From: Deltaproteobacteria bacterium
Lineage (GTDB): Bacteria; JADJOY01
NCBI GenBank assembly: GCA_016713535.1
Contig: JADJOY010000008.1
Span: 212,580-276,579 of the forward strand
Direction of reading: 5' to 3'
DNA length: 64,000 bases
The translations under genes and the position numbers were made by a program. Every line of letters begins with the position of its first letter. Position 1 is the stretch's first letter. The notes beneath the pieces were generated by a model. It did not search any database and was not told the DNA's origin. It worked only from the letters and a program-made list of their open reading frames with translations. Shown piece after piece: positions 26,196-35,815 of the stretch.

Positions 26196-27038
26196 ATGAT
26201 GAAGCTCGGGGTCACGATCTTCGCGACCGACCAGTGCATGGACGTGGTCGAGCTCGCCCGCGAGAGCGAGGCGCGCGGCTTCCACTCGCTCTACATCCCC
26301 GAGCACACCCACATCCCGACCAGCCGCCGCACCCCGCCGCCCACCGGCGACGCGGTGCTGGCCGAGGAGTACAAGCGCACCCTCGATCCGTTCGTGGCGC
26401 TCGGCGCGTGCGCGGCGGTGACGCAGAAGCTGGTGCTCGGCACCGGTATCGCGCTGGTGGCGCAGCGCGACCCGATCGTGTTCGCGAAGGAGATCGCCAC
26501 CCTCGACGTGCTGTCGAAGGGCCGCGCCGTGCTCGGCATCGGCTTCGGCTGGAACGAGGACGAGATGGAGGACCACGGCGTCACCTTCAAGGAGCGCCGT
26601 GACGTGGCGCGCGAGAAGATGCTCGCGATGCAAGCGTTGTGGGCGAACGAGGTGGCGAGCTTCGAGGGCCAGTACGTGAAGATCCCGCCGTGCTGGTCGT
26701 GGCCCAAACCTGTGCAGAAGCCGCGGGTGCCGATCCTGATCGGTGGCGGCGGCGGGCCCAAGCTCTTCGCGCACATCGCCGAGTATGCCGACGGCTGGAT
26801 CCCGATCGGCGGTGCGGGCGTGCGCGAGCTGATCCCGCAGCTCCACGCTGCGGTCGAGGCGCGCGGGCGCGACCCCAGGTCGATCCGCGTGATCCCGTTC
26901 GGCACGCTGCCCACGCCCGGGAAGCTCGACTACTACGCCTCGCTCGGCATCGACGAGGTGGTGCTGCGCATTCCGTCGGCTCCGCGCGACACGGTGATGC
27001 CCATGCTCGACGAGTTCCGGAAGCTGCTCCCGAGCTGA
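26196..27038 (+). CDS. LLM-class (luciferase-like) flavin/F420-dependent oxidoreductase
   Basis: MMKLGVTIFATDQCMDVVELARESEARGFHSLYIPEHTHIP...VLGIGFGWNEDE... A GAGGAG RBS sits 8 nt upstream. Confidence 0.85.
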   Translation: MMKLGVTIFATDQCMDVVELARESEARGFHSLYIPEHTHIPTSRRTPPPTGDAVLAEEYKRTLDPFVALGACAAVTQKLVLGTGIALVAQRDPIVFAKEIATLDVLSKGRAVLGIGFGWNEDEMEDHGVTFKERRDVAREKMLAMQALWANEVASFEGQYVKIPPCWSWPKPVQKPRVPILIGGGGGPKLFAHIAEYADGWIPIGGAGVRELIPQLHAAVEARGRDPRSIRVIPFGTLPTPGKLDYYASLGIDEVVLRIPSAPRDTVMPMLDEFRKLLPS

Positions 27039-27055
27039 CGCCGGGACCGAGCGAC

Positions 27056-28305
27056 ATGCGACTCGACGAGATCGACCTTACCGACCTCGATCGATTCCAG
27101 CGCGGCTCCCCCACGAGGCGTTCACGGCGCTGCGCCGCGAGGCTCCGGTGTGGTGGCACCCGCCCACGCCACGCGCGCCGGGTGGCGAGGGCTTCTGGGT
27201 CGTGAGCCGGCACGCCACGGCACGGCGCGTGCTGCTCGACACCCGGACGTTCTCCTCCGAGAGCGGGCCGGGACGCGACGGCGGCGGCACCACGCTCGTG
27301 GACTATCCGCGCGGGCAGGGGCCCGGGCAGATGATCACCATGACCGATCCGCCCGCGCACACGCGCCTCCGGCGGCTGGTGAACCACGGCTTCACGCCGC
27401 GGCGCTTCGCGGCCCTCGAGGCGGGGATCCGCGCCCGCGCGGCGCGCACGCTCGACGCGGTGGTGGCGCGCGGCGAGTGCGACTTCCTCGTCGAGGTCGC
27501 GGCCGAGCTTCCGCTCCAGGTCATCGCCGAGATCCTCGGCGTACCCCAGGACGATCGCCACAAGCTCTTCGCGTGGGCGAACGCCTTCACCGATCAGGAG
27601 GACGGCCAGAACGCGGGCTCGCTCGACGCCGCGCGCGCCGCGGCGATGGAGGCCTTCGGCTACGCTCACGCGTTGATCGAGCGAAAGCGCGCCGAGCCGG
27701 GCGCCGACATCCTGAGGGTGCTGGTCGCCGCCGAGCTGCCCGACGAGGACGGCGGCCATCGCCAGCTTGACACGGTCGAGCTCGACCTCTTCTTCGTGCT
27801 GCTGCTCACCGCCGGCTCCGAGACCACGCGCAACGCCATCGCCGGCGGCCTGCTGGCGCTGATCGAGCGCCCCGACGCCTGGGACAGGCTTCGCGCCGAC
27901 ACCGCGACGCTCCTGCCGATGGCGATCGAGGAGCTGCTGCGCTGGACCTCGCCCACGGCCTACAACCGCCGCACCGCCACGGAAGACCTGGAGCTCGAGG
28001 GAGCGCGGATCCGCGCCGGTGACAAGGTGTCGGTGTGGTACGCGTCGGCGAACCGCGACGAGGCGGTGTTCGCCGAGCCGTTTGCGCTCGATCTCGCGCG
28101 CCAGCCGAACGAGCACCTCGCGTTCGGTCACGGCCCGCATCTCTGCCTGGGTGCCCCGCTCGCGCGGCTCGAGATGCGGGTGATGTTCGAGGAGCTCCTC
28201 GCGCGCGTGGCGCGGGTCGAGCTCACCGCCCCCGTCGCGTGGATGCGCACCAACAAGTTCATCGGCCTGCGCCACATGCCGGTGCGCCTCTCACGCGCGC
28301 GCTGA
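27056..28305 (+). CDS. Cytochrome P450, CYP125/CYP142-like (steroid C26-monooxygenase clan), with a 1-nt frameshift in a C5 run at 27108-27112
   Basis: From the ATG at 27056, MRLDEIDLTDLDRFQRGSP reads in one frame. Adding one C restores HEAFTALRREAPVWWHPPTP...GFWVVSRHA, which parallels the CYP125 N-terminus. VARGECDFLVEVAAELPLQVIAEILGVP parallels CYP142/CYP125. The heme loop is FGHGPHLCLG. Confidence 0.85.
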
Positions 28306-28318
28306 AGAGCCGCGCGCC

Positions 28319-28705
28319 GTGCCAGCGAGGATCCCGATGCCCACGATCGACACGGTTCCCGCCCGCTACATGGAGGCCGTCAACGCCCGGAGCCTCGACG
28401 GTCTGCGCACCCTCTTCCGCGACGACGTGGTGCTCCACCACCCGATGGGGCTCTTCGAGGGGCGAGAGCTGGTGGTCGGCTTCTACGAGAACGCGGTGTT
28501 CCGGGCCAAGACCCAGCTCTCGGGCGACGGGCCGGTCTTGACCGGCGGCAGTACCGTCGCGCAGCAGATGCTCGGCCGCTTCCCCGAGGACAACGGCTTT
28601 GGCATGGCGATCCCGGATCAGCGCGCCATGGACCTCTTCGATTGCGATGCCGACGGCCGCGTCGCCACGATCACGATCTACTACCTGAGCTTCCCGTCGC
28701 GCTGA
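28319..28705 (+). CDS. SnoaL-like / NTF2-like protein
   Basis: 128 aa: ...RYMEAVNARSLDGLRTLFRDDVVLHHPMGLFEGRELVVGFYENAV... It is the last gene of the LLM-P450 operon. Confidence 0.6.
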   Translation: MPARIPMPTIDTVPARYMEAVNARSLDGLRTLFRDDVVLHHPMGLFEGRELVVGFYENAVFRAKTQLSGDGPVLTGGSTVAQQMLGRFPEDNGFGMAIPDQRAMDLFDCDADGRVATITIYYLSFPSR

Positions 28706-28859
28706 GCTGGCCGGCGGCGCGCCGGAAGCGATCCCGGACGCGAGCGGTCGCGCCACTCAGCTAGGACCGTCGGCGTGTTTCGGACGCGAGTCGGCGCTGT
28801 GGTGACGGCTTCCGCCCACAGCCCCGGCGCCCGGAGCGCGCCGTGCTGGATTCGCGGCG

Positions 28860-29141
28860 ATGGCTGCCAGCACCGCCGAAAGCCTTCGCGCACACCTCGC
28901 GCTCGTTGCCCAAGCCAAGTCGAGGGCGCAACGCGACGACATCTCGGAGCACCTCGCAGCCTCGTGCGACGAGCGGCTGGACGCCACGCTGCGCCTGTCG
29001 CAGCGGTGGATCGATGCGCGTGGAGACGTCGATCCGTCCATCGATGACGACGCCGAGACCTGGCGGCGGGTGTGCTGCGGTTGGGGGCGCGCGGCCGTTG
29101 AGCGACGAGCTACGCCGGCTGTTAGCCCGGGTTATTCATGA
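28860..29141 (+). CDS. Possible small helical protein (93 aa), unsupported beyond codon bias
   Basis: GC3 about 75% and a diverse composition. There is no recognizable domain. It ends inside the left inverted repeat of the adjacent element. Confidence 0.3.
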   Translation: MAASTAESLRAHLALVAQAKSRAQRDDISEHLAASCDERLDATLRLSQRWIDARGDVDPSIDDDAETWRRVCCGWGRAAVERRATPAVSPGYS

Positions 29142-29300
29142 AGGTTCGTAGCGAGGCCGCCAAGCGTCGAGCAGATTCGGGCAAACGCAGGATTTCTGAC
29201 CGCAAGCGTACTCAACGATACGTCGAGGACCGGAAATCCGAGTACGCCCGAAGATGCCGGCGATCGGCGGCCGCAGTAGAACGCTCCATGAATAATCCGG
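29127..29300. repeat. Low-GC (about 57%) segment flanked by 15-bp inverted repeats CCCGGGTTATTCATG / CATGAATAATCCGGG. Candidate MITE or structured RNA
   Basis: 14/15 inverted-repeat match separated by about 140 bp. The internal ORFs on both strands have low GC3, atypical for this genome. It sits between convergent gene ends. Confidence 0.4.
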
Positions 29301-29545
29301 GTTGGATGGACCCGAGGCGCTGGCCAGCCACAGCGGGATCCGGTTCGCCGTGATCGGAGGAGTCGCGCGCTGAGCGTGGGTTCGGCCCCGTGCGACGCTC
29401 GGTCTCGACGTGATCGCCGGCACCACCGAGGCGGGGCCGATCGACTCGTCGGCCGGCCGCGCGGGATTCGTCGTGAGGAGCACCGAGGCCGAAGCGGCAA
29501 ACGTCGAGGTCGTGCTCCCGGAGCGCCTGCGTCGGCCACGCTGAT

Positions 29546-30589
29546 TCAATGGACCGCGGCCGCCTCGGCGTCGCGCTCGAAGCGGTCGAGGGCGAAGGGC
29601 GTGACGAGGTGGGCGAGGTAGCGCTCGGGGATGAGCGCGCCCGAGACCCCGACGGTCGTGCCCGGGTGACGGTCGAGCGGCCGGAAGTACGTGCCGAGGA
29701 GCTGGTCCCACAGCATCGTGGTGTTGCCGAAGTTCCGGTTCGACTCGTCGAGCACCACCGAGTGGTGCCAGCGGTGGACCTCGGCGGTCGCCAGGACCCG
29801 GCTCACCGGTCCGTCGACGAACGCGATGTTGGAGTGCTGGAGCAGCCCGTTCACCGCCTTGATCACGGTCCAGTAGGCGAGCACTTCGGGCGTCACGCCG
29901 AGCAGGATGAGCGGACCGTTCTCGACGCTGAAGGTGAGGATCACGTTGAACGGGTGGGAGCGCGCCGACGCCAGGAAGTTGAGGCGCTGCGGTGAGTGGT
30001 GCACCGCGTGGAGGCGCCAGCCGATGCGCGTCGCGTGCATGAAGCGGTGCGCCGAATAGGCACCGAAGTCGGCGAGGACCACCGCCAGCGCCACCTGGAG
30101 TGCCACCGGCCAGCTCGTGGGCCACGGCGCGGCCGCGCCCGGGCCGTGGAGGAGGCGGCTGCCGATCGCCGCCAGCGAGACCGCGAGTGTCGCGCGCACC
30201 GCTGGCGCCACCACGTACGCGGTGGCGAGGGTGTGGGTGAGGTCGACCGCGAAGCTCTTCCGTTCGAGGCGCCATTCGGTGCTGTGGGGCGCGAGCACCT
30301 CGAGCGCGCCGAGCGCGATCGCCGCGACGAACACCACCGTGCCCGTCGCGCTGCCGGCGGCCCAGCCCGCGTGAAGTAGCCCCGCGGTGGCCGCGAGCGC
30401 CGCGACGAGCACGGCCGGATAGGCGAGGGACCGCAGCGCGGGCGCGGCTAGGCGTGGACGACACGGGTACGTTGGTGTTGGGCGGCATGCGATCGAGCCT
30501 ATATCGGAAGCGGAGCCGTCGCGGTGCGCGCCCGGGCGAGTGCGTGGCGTGCCGAATGGCAAACGCCGGCGCCCGGTTGCGGCGACCAC
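29546..30589 (-). CDS. Fatty acid hydroxylase / sterol desaturase superfamily membrane protein
   Basis: Histidine boxes HRFMH, HAVHHSP and HRWHH plus hydrophobic segments. The N-terminal 50 aa of the longest ORF are doubtful, so the start is uncertain. Confidence 0.7.
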   Translation of the reverse strand: MVAATGRRRLPFGTPRTRPGAHRDGSASDIGSIACRPTPTYPCRPRLAAPALRSLAYPAVLVAALAATAGLLHAGWAAGSATGTVVFVAAIALGALEVLAPHSTEWRLERKSFAVDLTHTLATAYVVAPAVRATLAVSLAAIGSRLLHGPGAAAPWPTSWPVALQVALAVVLADFGAYSAHRFMHATRIGWRLHAVHHSPQRLNFLASARSHPFNVILTFSVENGPLILLGVTPEVLAYWTVIKAVNGLLQHSNIAFVDGPVSRVLATAEVHRWHHSVVLDESNRNFGNTTMLWDQLLGTYFRPLDRHPGTTVGVSGALIPERYLAHLVTPFALDRFERDAEAAAVH

Positions 30590-30953
30590 ACCGATCGTCG
30601 CTTGCGGCCCACCGCTTCGTGATTACCCTGGAGGCGGTTCACCGTTGTTGCGGGGGATGACGATGCGACCTGCTTCGCGACTCGTGATCTCGCAGTTCCT
30701 CCCGCCGAGCCCCACTCGGCGCCGCACCAGCGAGCTCCCGTTCGGCCCCGAGCCGTAATCCGACCCACGCGTAGGACCCGCCCGCCGGTCGAGCGCGCGT
30801 AGCCAAGCGCCGCGCACCGTCGACCGGCCGCGACCCGCGCCATGCAGTCGGCGCGCGCACGCGGTCCACGCCACCACCACACGCGCGATACGGCGCCTGG
30901 CTCGCGACCATTCCGGCCGCGCAGCGCGAGCGCCGCGACGGAGGGATCGCACC

Positions 30954-33047
30954 ATGGCTTTGCTCACGTTCGTCATCGCTCACTGGTTCCTGGTTTCGCT
31001 CGGGACCGCGGTGAGCCTCTACCTGCTCGCCGGCATCCGGCTCATCCCGAACACCAAGGTCGGGATCGTCGAGAAGCGCGTGAGCCGCAAGGGCTCGATC
31101 GAGAGCGGCCTGATCGCGCTGCAAGACGAGGCCGGCTTCCAGCCCGCGATCCTGCGCGGTGGCATCCACTACCTGCTGCCCTTCTTCTACGCGGTGCACA
31201 AGATGCCGCTGGTGACCGTGCCGCAGGGCAAGATCGGCTACGTGTTCGCCCGTGACGGGGCACCACTGCCCGCGACGCAGACGCTAGCCAGCAACGAGAA
31301 GGCGAAGGACTTCGACGACGTCGCGACGTTCCTGAAGGCCGGTGGCCAGCGCGGCCCGCAGCGCAGCATCGTCCGCGAAGGGACCTACGCGCTCAACCTC
31401 GCGCAGTTCGTGGTGCTCACCGAGGAGGGGGTCTACGCGCTGCAACTCGAGGACAGCGAGCAGAAGCTCTTCGAGCGCATGGCGACGATCATCAAGGAGC
31501 GCGACGGGTTCCGCCCGGTGGTGATCAAGGGTGCCGACGACGTGATCGGCATCGTCACCGTCCACGACGGCCTGTCGCTGCCGTCGGGCCAGATCATCGC
31601 CCTTACGGTGGGCGACGACTCCAAGGTCGCCGCGACCTACCACAACAACTTCCAGGACATCGGCGCCTTCCTGCACGCCGGCGGTATGCGCGGTCGCCAG
31701 CACCAGGTGCTGGTCGAGGGCACGTACTACATCAACCGCCTGTTCGCGACCGTCGAGATGGTGCCCAAGACCGTGGTCGACGTCGGTAACGTCGGCGTCG
31801 TCGTGTCGTACATCGGCGAGGCCGGCACCGACCTCTCCGGCACCGACTACACCCACGGCGAGCTGGTGAGCGAGGGCCAGAAGGGCGTGTGGAGCCGGGC
31901 GCTGCTGCCCGGCAAGTACGCGTTCAACACCTACGCCGGCAAGGTGCTGTCGGTGCCCACCACCAACTTCATCCTCAAGTGGAACAAGTCCGAGGTGGGG
32001 GCTCACCACTACGACGAGAACCTCGCCGAGGTCTCGCTCATCACCAAGGACGCGTTCGAGCCGTCGCTGCCGCTCTCGGTGGTGGTGCACATCGACTACA
32101 AGAAAGCACCGCTGGTGGTGCAGCGCTTCGGCGACATCAAGCGCCTGGTCGAGCAGACCCTCGACCCGATGGTCTCGGCTTACTTCAAGAACATCGCGCA
32201 GACGCGCACCCTGATCCAGCTCCTCCAGGATCGTAGCGCGATCCAGGATCAGGCCTCGCGGGAGATGAAGTCGAAGTTCGCGAACTACAACCTCGAGCTC
32301 GAGGAGGTGCTGATCGGCACGCCCACCGCGGGCAAGGGCGGTGGCCAGATCGAGCAGATCCTGAACCAGCTTCGCGCCCGCCAGGTCGCGGTCGAGCAAG
32401 TCGAGACCTACAGCCGCCAGGAGGCCGCCGCGGTGAAGGAGCGCGAGCTGCGTGAGGCCGAGGCGCGCGCGAAGCAGCAGACCCCGATCACCGAGTCCGA
32501 GCTCTCGATCGTGGTGCAGACCAACCAGGGCAAGGCCGACCTCGCTCGCGCCCAGCAGCAGGCGGCGCAGATCCAGGCGCTCGCGCAGGCCGAAGCCGAG
32601 AAGATCGCGCGACTCGGCGAGGGCGAGGCGCGCAAGGTGCGCGTCATGGCCGAGTCGGAGGCCGAGCGCGCGGCGCGCGTCGGCGTGGCGCAGGCCCTCG
32701 CCATCGAGGAGCAGGTGCGCGCCTACGGCGGCCCGCGCTTCCAGCTCACCAAGGAGGTCATGAACCGCTTCGCCGAGGCGATCGAGAAGGCGAAGGTGGA
32801 CGTGGTGCCGCGCATCCTGATGGGCGGTGGCGTGGCGGCCGACGGCAAGGGCGGCCTCGGTGGCGGTGGCAACGTCCTGGAGGCGCTGCTGGGGCTGCTC
32901 CTCGCCGACAAGATGGGGCTCGACGTGGGAGCGTCGGCTCCCATGAGCGCGGACGCGGAGGCGATGCGCGCCGAGGTCCGCGCGGCGGTCGCCATGGACC
33001 GCGGCAGTTCGAGGGGACGGAGCGTGGACGGCGCGCCGACCGGGTGA
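30954..33047 (+). CDS. Flotillin / SPFH (band 7) family protein with an extended EA-rich coiled coil and a Gly-rich tail
   Basis: N-terminal TM, an SPFH region, then a flotillin-like coiled coil (AEARAKQQ...QQQAAQIQALAQAEAEKIARLGEGEARKVRV...) and GGGVAADGKGGLGGGG. Confidence 0.75.
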   Translation: MALLTFVIAHWFLVSLGTAVSLYLLAGIRLIPNTKVGIVEKRVSRKGSIESGLIALQDEAGFQPAILRGGIHYLLPFFYAVHKMPLVTVPQGKIGYVFARDGAPLPATQTLASNEKAKDFDDVATFLKAGGQRGPQRSIVREGTYALNLAQFVVLTEEGVYALQLEDSEQKLFERMATIIKERDGFRPVVIKGADDVIGIVTVHDGLSLPSGQIIALTVGDDSKVAATYHNNFQDIGAFLHAGGMRGRQHQVLVEGTYYINRLFATVEMVPKTVVDVGNVGVVVSYIGEAGTDLSGTDYTHGELVSEGQKGVWSRALLPGKYAFNTYAGKVLSVPTTNFILKWNKSEVGAHHYDENLAEVSLITKDAFEPSLPLSVVVHIDYKKAPLVVQRFGDIKRLVEQTLDPMVSAYFKNIAQTRTLIQLLQDRSAIQDQASREMKSKFANYNLELEEVLIGTPTAGKGGGQIEQILNQLRARQVAVEQVETYSRQEAAAVKERELREAEARAKQQTPITESELSIVVQTNQGKADLARAQQQAAQIQALAQAEAEKIARLGEGEARKVRVMAESEAERAARVGVAQALAIEEQVRAYGGPRFQLTKEVMNRFAEAIEKAKVDVVPRILMGGGVAADGKGGLGGGGNVLEALLGLLLADKMGLDVGASAPMSADAEAMRAEVRAAVAMDRGSSRGRSVDGAPTG

Positions 33048-33162
33048 CCGTGGCGCGCTGACCGAGCCGAGAGCGAGCGGCCAGTCGTGGAGCACGAGGC
33101 GTGCTCTGCGGCTGGCCGCGCCGGTTGCGGGGCGCCCGCAGCGCTTTCTACATTGGCCCCAG

Positions 33163-34965
33163 GTGCGCTCCCGCGGAGGCCCCATGGATCGATCGCAGCG
33201 AAGTGAGCACGTCTCGATTCGTCGTACGGTGCTGGCGAGCGTCGTCGCGCTGGCGCTCGGGACCAGTGGATGCCTCACCGTCGGGGCGGTCGCGCCCAAC
33301 CCCGCGCCGCCCGGGGCGCTGATCACGATCCTGGGCCAGGGCTTCGGAGTGCGCGGGCTCCTCGACGGCGTCCTCTACGGCGGCGTCTCGATCCCGGTGC
33401 TCGCGTGGACCGACTCGCAGATCGTCGCGGTGCTGCCCAACCCCAAGCCGAACGGCACCTACCCGGTGCAAGTGAAGCACGGAGGCCAGCTCTCGGCGCC
33501 GGTGTCCCACACCATCGCCGCGGCCACTGGCGCGACGATCTCGGGGCTTCACCTCACCCCCAACCCGAACAACGTCCTCAGCACCGTCGTCGAGTTCGAA
33601 ACCTCGGCATCGGCGACACCGTGGGTGACGGTGTCGTCGAGCGCCGGTGCCTTCCAGGTGCCGGCGAGCGGGATCCTCAGCGCCGCCCCAGGGACGAGCC
33701 ACCGGATCGCGGTGCTCGGGCTCCACACCCAGGTGCCCTACACGATCACGGCTGGCGCCACCGACGGAGCGGGCCGCCCGAGCCAGCCCGGCAGTCTCTT
33801 CTACACGCCCGACCCGCTCCCGGCTGGCTTCCCGCCGCTCGCCCTCACCGTGCGCCAGCAGGGGCAGTTCGCGCCCGGGCTCCTGCTCTTCGGCATGACC
33901 CGCGGGATCATCGCCGCCGACACAGGGATCTACGTGGTCGACGACGGCGGCGAGCCGGTCTGGTACTACCGCAAGCCGGTCACGGTGTTCAGCCACACCG
34001 CTCAGCTTCGCAACGGCGACTACCTCTACCTCGACTACCTGAACGGCGTCGTCGGGCAGGTCGATCTGCTCGGCAACCCGGTCCACACGTGGACCTCGAA
34101 CATCGGCGGCCTCCTCCACCACGACGTCGAGGAGCTTCCGAACGGGAACCTGCTGATGCTCGACGCCGAGGTGCGGGCGATCCCGGGCTTCCCGGGGAAC
34201 CAGACCCTGAACCTGGTGGGGGACGTGGTGGTGGAGCGTGACCGGAACGACGGTCACACGGTGTGGTCGCTCTCGCTCTTCGACGTCCTCGATCCGTACC
34301 GCTACGCCAGCACCGCCATGTTCGACGCGCCGGTCTACGACGCGTACTTCGGCGGGCTCTCCACCCGCGACTGGACCCATGTCAACAACGTCATCTACGA
34401 CGCCAGCGACGACTCGCTGATCCTCACGCCGCGCACCCAGGACGTGATCCTCAAGGTGAGCCGAGCCACCAAGCAGCTCGTGTGGGTGGCGGGTGACGAC
34501 CTGCCGAGCTCGAGCGCCGACGACGCCTGGCCATGGCTCACGTTCGTGGGTGCCGGACGGCTGCCCAACTTCCCGCACGGGCCGTCCATCGCGCCCAACG
34601 GCGATCTCATCCTCTACGACAACGGCAACGAGCTGCCGGTCGAGTACTCGCGGGGCGCCCAGTACGCGATCGACGGCGCGAGCCGCACGATCCGCCAGGT
34701 GTGGGAGTACGTCGATCCGACGTATCACCCGCCGCTCTTCGGGCCGTGGCTCGGCAACGCACTCGCGTTCCCGGGCGGCACCGCGCTGGTGAACGACGCG
34801 GGGATCAACGACCCCAACTTGATCTACCTGCGCATGGCGAAGCTCACCGAGGTGCGCAAGTCCGACAACCAGAAGGTGTGGGAGCTGGTGGTGCGCGACC
34901 CGGCCAACCTCGAGGGCTACAACGGCTTCGACGCCGAGAAGATCCAGAGCCTCTATCCGCCGTGA
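33163..34965 (+). CDS. Arylsulfotransferase (ASST)-like lipoprotein with an N-terminal IPT/TIG domain
   Basis: Lipobox ALALGTSGC, an IPT-like segment (ITILGQGFG...VLPNPKPNGTYPVQV), then an ASST-like beta-propeller region (LYDNGNE...). The start may be the internal MDRSQ. Confidence 0.65.
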   Translation: MRSRGGPMDRSQRSEHVSIRRTVLASVVALALGTSGCLTVGAVAPNPAPPGALITILGQGFGVRGLLDGVLYGGVSIPVLAWTDSQIVAVLPNPKPNGTYPVQVKHGGQLSAPVSHTIAAATGATISGLHLTPNPNNVLSTVVEFETSASATPWVTVSSSAGAFQVPASGILSAAPGTSHRIAVLGLHTQVPYTITAGATDGAGRPSQPGSLFYTPDPLPAGFPPLALTVRQQGQFAPGLLLFGMTRGIIAADTGIYVVDDGGEPVWYYRKPVTVFSHTAQLRNGDYLYLDYLNGVVGQVDLLGNPVHTWTSNIGGLLHHDVEELPNGNLLMLDAEVRAIPGFPGNQTLNLVGDVVVERDRNDGHTVWSLSLFDVLDPYRYASTAMFDAPVYDAYFGGLSTRDWTHVNNVIYDASDDSLILTPRTQDVILKVSRATKQLVWVAGDDLPSSSADDAWPWLTFVGAGRLPNFPHGPSIAPNGDLILYDNGNELPVEYSRGAQYAIDGASRTIRQVWEYVDPTYHPPLFGPWLGNALAFPGGTALVNDAGINDPNLIYLRMAKLTEVRKSDNQKVWELVVRDPANLEGYNGFDAEKIQSLYPP

Positions 34966-34993
34966 GGCGCCCCCTCGCGGCCGCCAGCGGACC

Positions 34994-35659
34994 TCACGCC
35001 GCGACGAGCCCGTAACGCTCGGGCCGGAACTCGGCGAGCGAGTCGAGGAGCTCGTGGACCGTGGGGTAGACGCTGCGCGGAGCGTGTGGACCGGGGACCG
35101 CGATCACGGTCATTCCCGCCGCGAGCGCCGCCTGCGCGCCGTTGGGCGCGTCCTCGAACGCCAGGCATTCGCTCGGCACCGCGCCGAGGCGGCGCGCCGC
35201 CTCCAGGAAGATGTCGGGTGCCGGCTTGCCGCGCTTCACCGCCGGGTCGTCGCCGAGGACGCGGGTGGCGAAGAGCTCGATCCACGCACGGTGCGCGCGG
35301 GTCTTGGCCTCGAACTCGACCTCGTCCGAACCGGTCGCGAGCGCGAGCGGCACGCCCGCGGCGGCGAGCCGCCGCACCAGCGCCTCGGCGCCGGGTAGGG
35401 CGGCGCACTCGGGGAAGCGCTCCATCAGGAGCGGAGCGCGCTCGGAGAGGTAGTCCTCGGGTGCGAGCGGCACGCCGAGGGTCTCGACGAGGATGCGCGC
35501 CGACTCGAGCTTCTTCTGTCCCATCATCCGGCCCTTCAGCACCGGATCGAGGGCCTTGCCGAAGCGCGCGAGGATCGCGTTCGTGACGAGCGTGTAGATG
35601 CTCTCGGTGTCGAGCAGCAGGCCGTCGAGATCGAAGATGCAGGGGCGCCGGGCGGTCAT
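34994..35659 (-). CDS. HAD-family hydrolase (beta-phosphoglucomutase-like phosphatase)
   Basis: CIFDLDGLLLDTE motif I, ATGS motif II and KPAPDIF...FEDAPNG motifs III/IV. Confidence 0.8.
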   Translation of the reverse strand: MTARRPCIFDLDGLLLDTESIYTLVTNAILARFGKALDPVLKGRMMGQKKLESARILVETLGVPLAPEDYLSERAPLLMERFPECAALPGAEALVRRLAAAGVPLALATGSDEVEFEAKTRAHRAWIELFATRVLGDDPAVKRGKPAPDIFLEAARRLGAVPSECLAFEDAPNGAQAALAAGMTVIAVPGPHAPRSVYPTVHELLDSLAEFRPERYGLVAA

Positions 35660-35718
35660 GGGGCGGAAATCTAGCAGCGCGAACGGCCACGGACCGGGCT
35701 GACTCGCGAGCCTCGATG

Positions 35719-35752
35719 TTGACAGCGATCGATGTCACCATTAGTAATGACA
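35719..35752 (+). promoter_or_regulatory. Candidate sigma70-type promoter (-35 TTGACA) with a 20-bp palindrome TGTCACCATTAGTAATGACA in the spacer/-10 region. Likely a MerR-type operator
   Basis: TTGACA at 35719-35724. The imperfect palindrome 35733-35752 overlaps TAGTAAT. It lies about 65 bp upstream of the desaturase-MerR operon. Confidence 0.45.
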
Positions 35753-35815
35753 TTGAACACTGTTACATCTATCGATGCGCCGCTGAGCGGTGGCATCTAA
35801 CGAGGAGCCAAGCCC

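Noticed and set aside
29138-29353. 71-aa very basic ORF (MKVRSEAAKRRADSGKRR...) starting exactly in the left inverted repeat
   Set aside because: GC3 about 55-60% in a genome where genes show GC3 >80%, and no RBS. It resembles a ribosomal-protein-like basic peptide only superficially (checked against S21 from memory; no match). Treated as part of a non-coding or mobile element instead.
30770-30786. cGTAGgacccgcccgcc upstream of the flotillin gene as another REP
   Set aside because: It has the GTAG and a G/C tract but no clear complementary arm, so it is not counted in the REP family.
35745-35760. TTGAACACTGTTACA upstream of the desaturase as a third KstR operator
   Set aside because: The AAC and GTT half-sites are separated by 3 nt, not 2, so it breaks the even palindrome required by the KstR consensus. 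Recorded only as a look-alike.
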